Assembly (NCBI GenBank): GCA_009914755.4
Contig: CP068257.2
Location: 18,272,001-18,336,000 of the forward strand
Direction of reading: 5' to 3'
Source: the human T2T-CHM13v2.0 reference genome, Homo sapiens
Length of the DNA stretch: 64,000 nt
Positions 1 to 11,600 of this stretch are shown here, one piece after another; position 1 is the stretch's first letter, and the number at the start of each line of letters is the position of its first letter. Made by a program: the position numbers and the translations under genes. The notes under the pieces were generated by a model. The model saw only the letters and a program-made list of their open reading frames with translations, was not told where the DNA came from and ran no database searches.

Positions 1-737
1 ATGATTTTATATACACCAACATATACATTCTCTATGAAGTATTTCCATGGCTCTGTGTTGTTTGATGACACACAGAAATCCATTCTGCTTTGCACTCACA
101 TAGAGCACAGGTTTGACAGAAACAGTGCTGGTGATTGGATAGCAGTGCCATTGCCTAAGTGTCTTCTTATTTTGCCAAGCACATAATTATTTTCAAACCA
201 GTCAGTAAGTTGAGTGGCTTCTTCAGGCAAATGAAGCTTTGAAAGTTCCTAGAATGTCTTCAGCTGGAAGGAATTCCAATGCAGGCAAATGACACAGTTT
301 TAAGCTAAGGTTTTCATTGTTGTGATATTTGTGTGGCTCATCCACCCATCTACATTTTCTGCCAAATGTATTGGGCTGAATGGAGGAAAACTAACGTTAT
401 TGGTAACACTTTGAAATCCACTTTTAAAATCCTTGACCACGCCCAATTCCAAATCTGTCATGATGGTGTGGGATTCAAATGAAATGCATTTTCTTCTGTA
501 AAGTCCACCAGATCTTCAAATAAGCATTTATAAAGTGCTTCATTTGTTCCAGTCATTAATACATAAACAAGCAAATAAGTTATAGAATTTGTGGATCCAA
601 CAGGGGCATGACTTGTATATAGTTGATTAAAAAAACAGTGGGGACAGTTTAGAAAGTGCCATCCCTTAGCCTGAGTGAAGCATTTGCCAGTTTTTCTATG
701 TTAGATTTAATATTAAGTACAAAAACTCTATATTCGA

Positions 738-1045
<308 letters not shown>

Positions 1046-1089
1046 TCTTTCTTTTTCAACAGTCAATTCTGTAATCAAGAATAGTTCAC

Positions 1090-1435
1090 TGTTCCTGTGT
1101 TAGTATGCTAAGGATACTGGTCTCCAGCTCCATCCATGTGCCTGCAAAGGACATGATCTCATTCTTTTATGGATACATAGCGTTCCATGGTGCATATGTA
1201 CCACATTTTCTTTTGATGAGAACACATGGACACATAGATGAGAACAACACACACCAGGGCCTTTCAGAAGCTGGAGGGTGGGAGGAAGGACAGGATTAGG
1301 AAAAATAACTAGGGGTACTAGGTTTACTATCTGGATGATGAAATAATCTGTACAACAGGCCCTCATGACACACCTTTACCTATGTAACAAACGTGGACTT
1401 GTACCCCTGAACTTAAAAGTTAAAAAAAAAAAAAA
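1090..1435 (+). mobile_element. L1 3'-end fragment (older L1PA/L1PB-like) with 5' inversion: 1090-1213 antisense of ORF2 C-terminus, 1214-1435 sense 3'UTR plus poly-A
   Basis: 1214-1421 matches the L1 3'UTR sense strand (gagaacacatggacaca...tacctatgtaacaaacgtggacttgtacccctgaacttaaaag), followed by a14 tail. 1090-1213 (ctgttcctgtgttagtatgctaagg...ccatccatgtgcctgcaaaggacatgatctcattcttttatgg...ccacattttcttt) is the reverse complement of the L1 region immediately upstream. Flanked by aagaatagttca at 1077-1089 and 1434-1446 (TSD). Confidence 0.85.
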
Positions 1436-1446
1436 GAATAGTTCAT

Positions 1447-1730
1447 GGCTATGCAAAGTGGCTCAAGCCTTTTATCCCACCACTGGGAGGCTGAGATGGG
1501 AGAATCCCTTGATCCCAGGAGTCTCAGACCACACTGGGCAACATGGCAAAACCCCAACTCCACAAAATATGAAAATATTAGCCGTGCATGGTGGCTCGCG
1601 CCTGTAGTCTCAGCTAATTGGGAGTCTGAGGTGGGAGGATCACTTGATTCCCAGATGTCAAAGCTGCTGTGAGATGTGATCATGCCACTGTGCTATAGCC
1701 TGTTCAACAGAGCGAGACTCTGCCTCAAAG
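1447..1730 (+). mobile_element. Alu (AluJ-like, diverged) SINE
   Basis: ggctatgcaaagtggctcaagcc...gggaggctgagatgggagaatcccttgatcccaggagtctcagaccacactgggcaacatggcaaaaccccaactccacaaaatatgaaaatattagccgtgcatggtggctcgcgcctgtagtctcagc...gagcgagactctgcctcaaag. Many CpG to TpG changes. Flanked by aagaatagttcat (1434-1446) and aaggaatagttgttcat (1731-1747). Confidence 0.9.
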
Positions 1731-2254
1731 AAGGAATAGTTGTTCATTTAATGTGTTTTGTCACTGAAGGAACCTCAATATCTGAAAGTGTCTTCAGTTC
1801 ACAACGTCACTGAGCTTGTTAAATTCTTTTTATTCTCTGACAAAGAGAGTTTTGGAAGGCAAGCATGGTTCTATGTTAAGAGGCAGAAGGTGTACACGAT
1901 TGAATAATTTGGCAGGGGAGATTTCTTGTATTTTTCTCCGGTGTTTTTACTTTTATGATCTTCAAAGCACTCTGCACTTGTATTGAAGGGTGGCTGTGGT
2001 CTACACAGTTTGTAAGTAATTTATTGTCCATCTGAAAGTCTGGTTATTACTTGGCCATTGCATTAAGCAATTTTCTGCTTTTTCAGTACCAATAATAATC
2101 AGCTTTTAGACTTTATCTTTCATCATTAAGTAGCCTCGTATACTTACTTATCACAGCCTTTTGGTGAGGGAACAATTTCACTGTTCTCTCCTATTGTGTG
2201 GTAAGGAACACAGTAAGAAGAAATGATAGTTAATTTCCTCCAATGCCAAATATG

Positions 2255-2700
2255 TATTAATCAGGGTGTACCAGAGACACAGAACGAATAGGATATGTAT
2301 ATAGATATATGAAAGAAGACTCCACAAGTTGGACACCCTTGGATGCTGGTAGTGTGGCTCTGCATAAAATCCTTGAGACCCGAGGGGCCACTGGCATAAG
2401 TCCTAGAGTCCAAAGACCAGTGAGCCTGGAGTTCTGATGTGCAGGCAGAAAAAGGAAAGTCTGTCCCAGCTCTCAGACAGAGACGTGTTCACCTTCTATA
2501 TTTGTTCTCCCGGGGCCCCCCGCTGACTGGATTTTCCCCACCCAGTTCACTCAGACTCACCCACTAATCTCCTCTGGAAACATCCTAGCAGACACTCAAA
2601 ATAATACTTTATCAGGTTTCCTGATAAAAGCCTCAAGCCAGTCACGTTGACTCCTAAAATCAAATCCACCCCTTGTCAATTTGGCAGCTATATGCATCTC
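2255..2700 (+). repeat. Ancient interspersed repeat (family whose consensus begins tattagtcagggttctccagagaaacagaaccaatagg...); probably LTR/MER-class; name not certain
   Basis: tattaatcagggtgtaccagagacacagaacgaataggatatgtatatagatatatg...ccagtcacgttgactcctaaaatcaaatccacc parallels a very common mammalian repeat consensus recalled from memory. Confidence 0.45.
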
Positions 2701-2792
2701 TTTAAAACATACTTAATTCCCAAATAAAGACAATAACAAAGGAATCGTCTGTCTAACATGATGCAATTATCCTGCGATTGTGATTTTCAGAA

Positions 2793-2875
2793 TTTCAGAC
2801 CTTAGGAATTTTAGACCTTAGGAATTTTAAACTTTAGAGCTTTAAACTTTAGGGATTTTAATCTTAAAATATTTC
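2793..2875. repeat. Short tandem repeat, ~17-bp unit x ~4.5 (agaccttaggaatttta / aactttagagctttaa / actttagggatttta)
   Basis: Direct reading: cagaccttaggaattttagaccttaggaattttaaactttagagctttaaactttagggattttaatcttaaaat. Confidence 0.8.
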
Positions 2876-5800
2876 AGCATTCAAGTTTGTGACATTTGGA
2901 ATTGTGTCCGTTAGAATTATGACTCAAACCTAGATTTTATAGACTTTTTATAGGTCAGAATTTTATTTTTGTCAAAAATAATGAAAAGGCATATCACAAT
3001 ATTGCTTTAATTTACATTACTTTTAGAAAAACAGCATCCTTGGAATTTTAGACAATTTTTTAAAACTGTGAAATGCCTATTTATATATTTTGCCTATATT
3101 TCCTTTGGTTGTTTGTTATTATAGATAATAGGAGGGAGACATTGTATTTTAATAATATTAACACATTTGTTTTATTAATCACAAGAGGACTTCATTAGTA
3201 ATTTATTTGGTTTTTAACTTTTTTAAGTGAAAAAAATCGTTATTTTGTAGTCTACTGTACTATCTTCTGCATCTTCAAAAATTAAAATTTAACAAACGAT
3301 TTTATCTTAAAGTTAGATCTAGTTTATTCACTTTCTACAAAAAATATATATTGACAGAATGTCAACCTAGCAATGAAAAGGTTTTGAAGAAACAAAGAAA
3401 CTGTATGTGAATTTGATGTTTTAAAAGCCCATACTTTTTAGCTTAACAATTTTTGTGGCAGTTTCATAATAAGCCATACTTTTTTGGCTGATAAGTTAGA
3501 AAATCACACAGATGATAGCATATTTCAATAGCACATAAGATACACTCACCCTACTTTACTGAAGTGACGCAAGCTGTCATTCTATGTATTTTTCCTGATA
3601 ACTTCTTAAAGAATCTTATGTTTTTTCCCCCACGGTACATACCAGGATTTATTTTGCACAGAATACTGAAAAAAATGTTTTCAGCTCTGTTCAATGTTTA
3701 TTTTTTGTGTAGGCAGTTCTTGGCATTTACAGTCTGATTTTTAAGGTGGGATTGAGTTTTAAAAGTACGTGGAAAGGCTTGAAAGACTAAAAACAGATAT
3801 CTGTGAATTCTAAATCCTAAAATATGAGTCATTAATTCAAAGTCATGAAAATGCTATACATGGAAATTTCTGATAAAAACTTTAGTGTGAAACAGATACA
3901 CAATCAGGTAAAATGATCCAATGTTTGGTGGTAAAACATCTCCTACATGTAATAGCATTACACAGTAAGTATGATAATGTTTATATATGTGCATTAAGGG
4001 GTATATTGAGTTGAGACATAAATCAGAAACCAATTCTCCCAGACAAAATATATCTCAATCTAATACCTGACCTTATATTGGTGACTAGGCATTTCTGTCT
4101 CACCAAGAAATGTGGATGTTGCAGATTCAGTCACTAGCTCAAAGGTGGTCTTTCTTGGAACCTTTGTTACTTGGCTCTTTGAGTGTCCTCAAGCTGTCTC
4201 TAAATATAAGCTTAAGTTTCAGGCTGAAGTCCCACACAGACCACAACACTATATCTTATTTTTTTAGTTTGTTGAAATATAGATTTTGCTGATTTTTAAA
4301 AAGTCTGCGTGCAGAAAGAAAACATGGCAACAATTCCAAGCTTGAGTTCTGAACACATCTAGTGCTCTATTTATACATGTATACAGTTCAAGATATCCTA
4401 CCAATCCAGTAATTGTTCTTATATTAAAACAAACTTCAGAAAAGCAATAATATATGTTTAGAAAACAAATCCACTACATACTTTAAAACCAGAAGAGTTA
4501 GTAACAAAATAAGGTGTATGTATGAAAGGAGAAGCACATAAACATTTTAAATAAAGGAGAGGCACAATATTCATTTTGAAGAACAAATGAGACTATGACA
4601 TTGAGGCAGTAAATTAAATTTTTTTGCTCGTTAATTATTTAAATTTTAGAATGTATTATGTGAAGTTATGTGGATTATGCTAGCTGCTTTCATCATAGCA
4701 CTCTTTCTGTGGCTGTACAAATCTAAACTTTCATACCTATATATTTATGAGGCTGAACGTATACCTTTCCAAATATTCCCTTTTAAAAAACTTTTTTTGC
4801 CATCATTGTTAAGAGACACTTGAAAGAAATGAACGTGATGAGAGCCAGGTAAGGAGCAGTAAACTACAAATAAAAACAAAATAAAACTTTATGGATCCTA
4901 TTGCCAATGTTAGGTCAGTAGTTTTCTAACTCATGCCAGATGACCTTCAGTTGTGTCTTGGGTACTCTCATTATTTTTTATGACTTCACTGTGGTGTTTA
5001 CTCAACCAGGAATAGTCACTACAAGCTAAACCATTTTGAAATTTCTAAGTAAAAGTTATAGAGTGATGAAAATTTGGGGGTTTTCTTCCCAACTTTTGAT
5101 TATAAGTGGTATGTATGATTTGTGGACAATTCAGACCCATCTTATTTTGATGTGGTTATCGTTTTTCTATGGATGTCTGATGGATTGTACAACAATTTGT
5201 AGTAAGATGCATGTATGTGCATGAAGGTTGTTCAGAAATTTCCACAAGGCACTAGGTAATAAGCAATGCTTTCTCTATAATCCCTTTCCATAGATCCAGT
5301 CTTCCAAATAGATAGAGCCTAGGGGATATCAAGTTCAGTATGGACCCAGAAGCCACTGTTAAGCTAACAAGGAAACTTAGAATAGAGGTGAATATTTGAT
5401 AGTGTTGGCAAAATATTCTCCAGGTGTTGAAATCTTCATCAGCCCTCTCATGCTAATTTCCTGTAACCTGTACACCACAGTCCTATAAATTGCAGACTGC
5501 AAAATCAGAAGAATTGGAAGGGTCTCAGGTCACCTATTTTTGTGGCAATTTGATGTCAAAGTGTTTGTCAGTTCAAGGAGGAATTACTTAGCCAAATTTT
5601 CTCATTTTGAGTTACATACTTCACCTGACTCTTCTGTGGAGGACTAGAAGTCTGCAATTACCATTTAAGTTGATAAGTTCTAAAATATGTAATGTATTTT
5701 CCACATCTTTGTGTTTGAGGATGTCCTAAGACATGCAGTTTTCAAAACATTGCAACCAAAAGAATTGCGCATTTATTGATGTTCAAAGTTACATAAAATT

Positions 5801-7584
5801 ATGTGTAATTAAATTTGGATATTTTATATGTCTTTGAGAAGAGAAAATTCCTACTAAATGGTATGTTTAATTTATTGTTTTCAAAGTTGATAAAATAAAT
5901 GGGTAAATAATATCAAGAAGATTGAATAACAAAACTCAACAGAAACATTCTGTTGTATTCACAATGACTATATGTTAACTTTTCCTTTTTATATCATTAT
6001 AGACTCATGACTTTTTAGAATTACTGTATATCATTGATCTCAGCCAATACTCCCCTTTTCATGCTCATGTCTCTCAGCTTATCCAGTGACAGCCCACTTT
6101 AGATTGGCTTCTTTGTCCTTTTGATGCAGTTCCATTAAGTCTTGGAAGCTGCTTTCTTTCTGATACAACAAAATGTTCAAAAATCAATTTGTCTCAACCC
6201 CAGACATAAAATCAGCCATTTTTTCAAGGAGAACCAGTTTCTTTTAATAGAACTTGTATTAGAGATATAAATCTGAGATCTAAGGTAGCTTGTGATAAAA
6301 ATATTAGTATACTTTCCATTTCAGTGACACATATACAGAAAGTATATCTTTATACTTTCTAAAATTTTATTTAAATGTGAATTTATAGATGAATTCATAT
6401 TACTTTTTGTGATTTTCACTGTGATTGTAGTAGGAAAGTTGTTTTATTGAATTTTTTTCTTACACTGAAATTCTGAATTCTTAAAATATAATTACTTTTT
6501 TGCACTAGCAGATTTTACAAGTAAATTGTTGCAAAATAACAATACATTATTAATAATACTATACAATTACTGAATTTCAAAATATTCTAGTGGTTTATTT
6601 AGTTTACAGAGTTTATGCTATTAAATATGTGAAGTCAAATTTCTTCTAGAATCGCTTATACTTTCTCAGTCTTTGTGGCTATTTAAATATTTATTGATGA
6701 ATCTTGTTAGTTATTCCAGATTAGGTCAATTGTTTCAATTTGATTTTCATATGAGAGTTCTGGCATTCTACATCTCACATTTCTAAATTTCTAGAGGGTT
6801 GAGGTTTTTCTTGTGGCAATTTTTATTTACTAGAAGGCAGAAAAGTTGGTTCAAACCTGAGAAAGGAGAAAAGAACATTTTAAATAGGCCATTCTCTAAC
6901 ATTTTAAGATTCCATTTGATTTATCTTAACACTAAATACGATGACTTACTACTGTAAGTACCCCTTTGTAATCATGCTTTCTGGAAGAATAAACAAATTT
7001 TGCCTACTACTGTTCAATTTCATGTAATATCAGAATCCATACACTTAATTATTGACAATTATTGTTCTGATTTTCTAACATATGAGTAAAACATATTTTT
7101 AAAAATTATGATACACTGATCATGTTTTAAAAATCTCATTATATATTTCTAAATATAGTATTTGAATTTTAAAAGGCATTTAATTAAAAAATTGGAATAA
7201 GTAGTTTTTCTAGGTTGAAAAAAGCACTGGCATTCTAAATTTAGTCAAACAAAGAAAATACAGATTTATCCTTTGCTCTACCTTCTTCATAATTCCCCTG
7301 CAAACTGTCTAGAAACTGGAATTTAACATTCAAAGAAATTCTAAACCCATAAATTTAGAGCCAAACTTCATGTAAATTCCTTATTAGGTATCACATTCTT
7401 ATTATCCGGTTTGTTTTTTGAGCTTAAAACTACAAAAAAGGAATTATTGGTTGGAAATATGTTTAATCATATGTATCTTATATTTTCATATCCAGATATA
7501 AACATTTATTCTGTATTTCTGATTAAAGTAAACTGCAATGCATAATTGAAATTTAGATTTAAAAACACAACTTTTACTACAATA

Positions 7585-9052
7585 CCACCACAAAACATGA
7601 AATGCTTAGATATAAATCTAACAACATATGTACATGATTTATGTGAGAAAAACTGCAAAACTCTGATGAAGGAAATTAAAGAAGAACTAAATCAATAGTC
7701 TGTGTTAATGGATAGAAAGACTCAATATTGTCAAGATGTCAGTTCTTCCCAACTTGATCTAGAGATTCAATGCAATCTTAAACAAGATCTCAGAAAGTAA
7801 TTTTGTGGATACAAGCAAATTCATTCTAAAGTTTATATAAAAAGGCAAAAACCCAAAATTGACAATGCAATGTTGAATTAGAACAAAGTGGGAAGATTGA
7901 CGCTACCCAAATTCAAGGTTAATTATGGAACTACAGAAATTAATACTGTGTGGTATTGGTGAAGGGATAGTCAGAGCAATGAACTATTTAGACAGTCCTC
8001 AGAATAAACATATAAATCTAGTCAACTTATCTTTGGCAAAGGGGCAAATGCAGCCTAATAGACCAATGATAATCTTGAAACAAATAGTGCTGGAACAATT
8101 GAACATCAGCATGTAAAACATGAATGTAGACGCAGATTTAATACTTTTCACAAAATTTAACGCAAAATGCAGCCATTTTGAAGACAGCTTGGTGGTTTCT
8201 AATGACTAAAATCCACAACACTGGCAAGACAAAATGTTAGTGAGGATGTGGAACATCGATTTTTATTTATTGCTTCTGGAAATGAACAATGGTACAGACA
8301 CTTTAGAAGATAGTTTGGTGGTGTCTTACAAAGCTAAGCATACTCTTTCCATATGATCCAGCAATCTCACTCTTTAGTATTTGCAAAATAAGTTGAAAGT
8401 TTATGTCTACACACAAATCTACATGCTGGATATTTATAGCAACTTTATTTATAATTGCCAAAACTTGAATATAACCAAGATGTCCTTTTGTAAGTGAATG
8501 AATAAATAAACTGTGGCACATCCAGACAATGAAATATTATTTGGCACTAAAATGAAATAAGCTATCAAGTCATAAGAAGACATGGTGGAAACTCAAATGC
8601 ATATTCCTAGGTGAAAGAAGCCAATCTAAAAATGCTATATACTGTATGATTCCAACTACATGACATGCCGGATAAGGCAAAGCTCTGAAGACAGTCAAAA
8701 AAGATCAATGGTTGCCAGGGGTTCAGGGGATGGAATGAAGAAGTGAAGCACAATGAGAATATTTTGTAAAATACCCTAATGATAGACACACATAATTATA
8801 CACTTGCCCCAAACCGTATAAAATGTGCAATACGGAGAGTGAACCTAATGTATCCATGAACTTTAGGTGGTTATAATGCGTTACTGTAGGTTCATCAGTT
8901 GTAACAGATGTACCACTCTGATAGAGCATGTTCGTAATGGGGGAAGCTGTCCATGAGTGAGGGCGGGAGTATATGGAAATCTTTGTTCCTTTCTCTGAAT
9001 TTTGCTGTGAACCTAAAACTGCTCTAAAAAAAAATAAACTCTTAAAAACATT
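7585..9052 (+). mobile_element. L1M (old mammalian-wide L1, L1MB-like) 5'-truncated 3' portion: ORF2 C-terminal region plus 3'UTR, sense orientation, with internal deletion
   Basis: Frame translation around 7600-8100 gives an ORF2-like run (…KDSILSRCQFFPT.., YGTTEINTVWYW.., …IFGKGANAA…) comparable to L1 ORF2 [30 protein letters not shown] / [25 protein letters not shown]. The 3'UTR matches the L1M 3' consensus (gatcaatggttgccaggggttcagggg...ccactctgatagagcatgttcgtaatgggggaagctgtccatgagtgagggcgggagtatatggaaatctttgttcctttctctgaattttgctgtgaacctaaaactgctctaaaaaaaaataaa). Confidence 0.8.
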
Positions 9053-10505
9053 AGCCCATACTCAATATATATATTTTGTATATATATTTACTGTATCATA
9101 TATTATATGCGTTTGTATTTTTAAGGATACATTTATGCAACATCCATCACAAAGTGATAGATTCATCAAAAAATCTTCATTTCTCTATTTGAAGCCTGGT
9201 TTAATCATGAATATTATCAATGAGTACTTGTCACTTAAAAACAATTTTTTAAGATCAATATGTGTTCCTCAATTAGTCTTGGCATTCAGATCATTCTTCA
9301 CTTGAAGGATTAAAAAACTGGATAAATTTTAATTGTGGCTTTGAAAAAACTTTACTTATAAATTTACTGCAGCTTGATGAATTTTATTGTCATTTGTTGC
9401 ATCATTTCTTCGTGAATCTTGACTATATCAGCCACTAGATTTCCGATATTTGTATTGCAGTAGTGAAAGCTTAAAGCATTATGATGTTTTTCTTATAAAA
9501 TACAGTGTACTATTTAAATCTTAAATATTCCTTCTGTATTTCTGATGTATTTCCTTAGAATTTAAAAAAAATTCTGTCAATTTCTGTTTTTTTAAATTCA
9601 TATTTCCTCATATTTGTACATATTCTTTTATCATTTATTATATTTTATCTACTAAACCTTATCCAGCTTGATTCACCCAGCATTTGTGGTTCAGATCTGG
9701 TCAAACAGAAGTGCTTTGAATCCAATATGACTGTAATTTACTGGAATTGTACACCCTGAGTCAGGATTTAGAGCTCAGTATTCTTATCTTGACTGTTTTT
9801 GAATCCAGTGAAAACATCAAGGGTTCTCTCCTGGTGTTTTTAGTGAAAGGTTCACTTTTATAACTCCCTATTATTGTAGAAGATTGTTAAAGCTCATACT
9901 GAATTGGAAATGTTCTAATATCCTATTGCAGTTTTAGTTGTTTTAATTAATAATAATGCATGCTGCAATATCAAACAACAGTATTTCAGTGACTTAATAG
10001 GTGGAGAGGCCAAAGGAAAACTTCCCCTTTGCCCTCTGGGCAGTCCCTAAAAATCAAGTTTCAAAAGGTGAAAAGGAAATAAGGAAGTACTTTAGAGGAG
10101 TAATAAAAGATTTTTAGGGGAATTCAGTCGGCTTGGAGAGCACACAGTGCCCTGGGACAAAGTCTGCTGGGCCCACAGAACAGACGATGGTTTGTGAAAA
10201 ATATCTCTCCGGGTGTGTGGAAAGACTTCAGTCTTTCTTCCTGTGATATGAGTTTTAATCTTCTCTGGTTAATAAATTTCAAAGACCATTGTATTCCTCC
10301 TCAGCAGGACTGGTCCCTTCATAAATCTTCATTCTGTGCTTTGGGAAAGACAGATAATTTAGTTAGGAGGAGAGAAAGGTCAGAGAGACCTTGACTTTGC
10401 TTCTTTAGTTCAGTTCTATTTTGGAGTTAAATAGTCTGGTTTAGTCCATAGGCAAACATTTAATACCTGTTCATACTCTCTGTCTTTGGTAGGTCAAGAG
10501 GCTGT

Positions 10506-10860
10506 CTTAGCTTGTTTGACCTGCTTTGACAAAAATACCATATACTAAGTAGCTGATAAAAAACTGAAATTTACTTCTGAGTTGTAGATACTGGGAAGTC
10601 TAAGATCAAGGAAGATTAGGTTTCTGGTGAGGGTCTGCCGTCTGGCTCATAGAGGGCGCCTTTTCTGTCTCCTCACATGGTGAAAGGATTAAATGAGCTC
10701 CCTCAAGTTTCTTTTATAAAGGCTCAAACATATTCATGATGGCCCTGCCCATATGATCTGCTTACCTGCTGAAGATCCCACCTCCTAATACTATCATCTA
10801 GCGGGTGAGGATTTCATCATACTAGTTTTTGGGGAGGATGTAAACATGCAGACCATAGCA
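10506..10860 (+). repeat. Ancient LTR/MER-type repeat, family A (consensus-like tgccataacaaaatacc..ctgggtggcttaaacaacagaaat..ctggaagtccaagatcaagg..cctcacatgg..)
   Basis: cttagcttgtttgacctgctttgacaaaaataccatatactaagtagctgataaaaaactgaaatttacttctgagttgtagatactgggaagtctaagatcaaggaagattaggtttctggtgagggtc...tcctcacatggtgaaagg...cttttataaaggctcaaacatattcatgatggccctgcccatatgatc. Same family as 35251-35691 and 62250-62800. Confidence 0.6.
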
Positions 10861-11454
10861 AAGACTTTTCAAGTAACGGCTCAAATACCAGAACCCATTT
10901 CATCATCTAGCTTCACCATATCAAAGGAAAGGAAGGGAAGCAGAGAGATGTCAGGCTATTCAAGAGCATTTCATATTTAATTATATGTAAAAGTTACTTT
11001 TATATTTTAACTTGACTGGGTCATGTACTGCCCAGACATTTTGCCAGACATTGTCATAGTGTTTCTGTAAACATGTTTTTGGATGAGAAAAACATTTAAA
11101 TCTGTAGGCTGAGTAAAGCAAGTTACTCTCTGCAATATAGGTAGGCTTCATTCACTCAGTTGAAGGCCTGAGTAGAATAAAATGGCTGACTCTTCAAACT
11201 GAGACATCAGCTAGTTTCCTGCTTTTAAACAGAACAGAAATGGTGGCTTTTCCTGTGTGTAAAGTCTGCTGGTTTTTGAGCTGGCTTTTGAACCATCAGT
11301 TCTCCTAAGTCTCTAACTTGTTGAATCACCCAGAAAATCGTGGGATGTGTCAGCCTCCATAATCTTATGAGCAGTTTCCTTCTTTATAATCAATTTCTCC
11401 CTATGTATATAGATATTATAAGGGACTAGCTTATAATAAATATTAATATTTAAA

Positions 11455-11600
11455 TAGTAAAATACTATATATGTGTATATGTGTGTGTGAGTATATATAT
11501 ATACCACTGCCATATATATATTTTATATGTAATTATATATTAATGATATTAATATATATATATATATGGCAGTGAGTGTGTGTATTTGTGTGTGTGTTTT
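11455..11600. repeat. Compound (TA)n/(TG)n/(CA)n microsatellite containing a short inverted repeat (cactgccatatatata / tatatatatggcagtg)
   Basis: Direct reading of tatatatgtgtatatgtgtgtgtgagtatatatatataccactgccatatatata...atatatatatatatggcagtgagtgtgtgtatttgtgtgtgtg. Confidence 0.85.

Noticed and set aside
1-186. 61-aa ORF at the window start (MILYTPTYTFSMKYFHGSVLFDDTQKSILLCTHIEHRFDRNSAGDWIAVPLPKCLLILPST)
   Set aside because: No recognisable homology, no flanking splice-site consensus that I can defend, and AT-rich context. I cannot support it as an exon from sequence alone.
10000-10400. Slightly GC-richer stretch with 66-aa ORF 10194-10394, considered as a possible exon or promoter
   Set aside because: No CpG enrichment (very few CG dinucleotides), no TATA/Inr arrangement I could defend, and the ORF peptide has no recognisable features. 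It is adjacent to an ancient repeat and probably degraded repeat or unique non-coding DNA.
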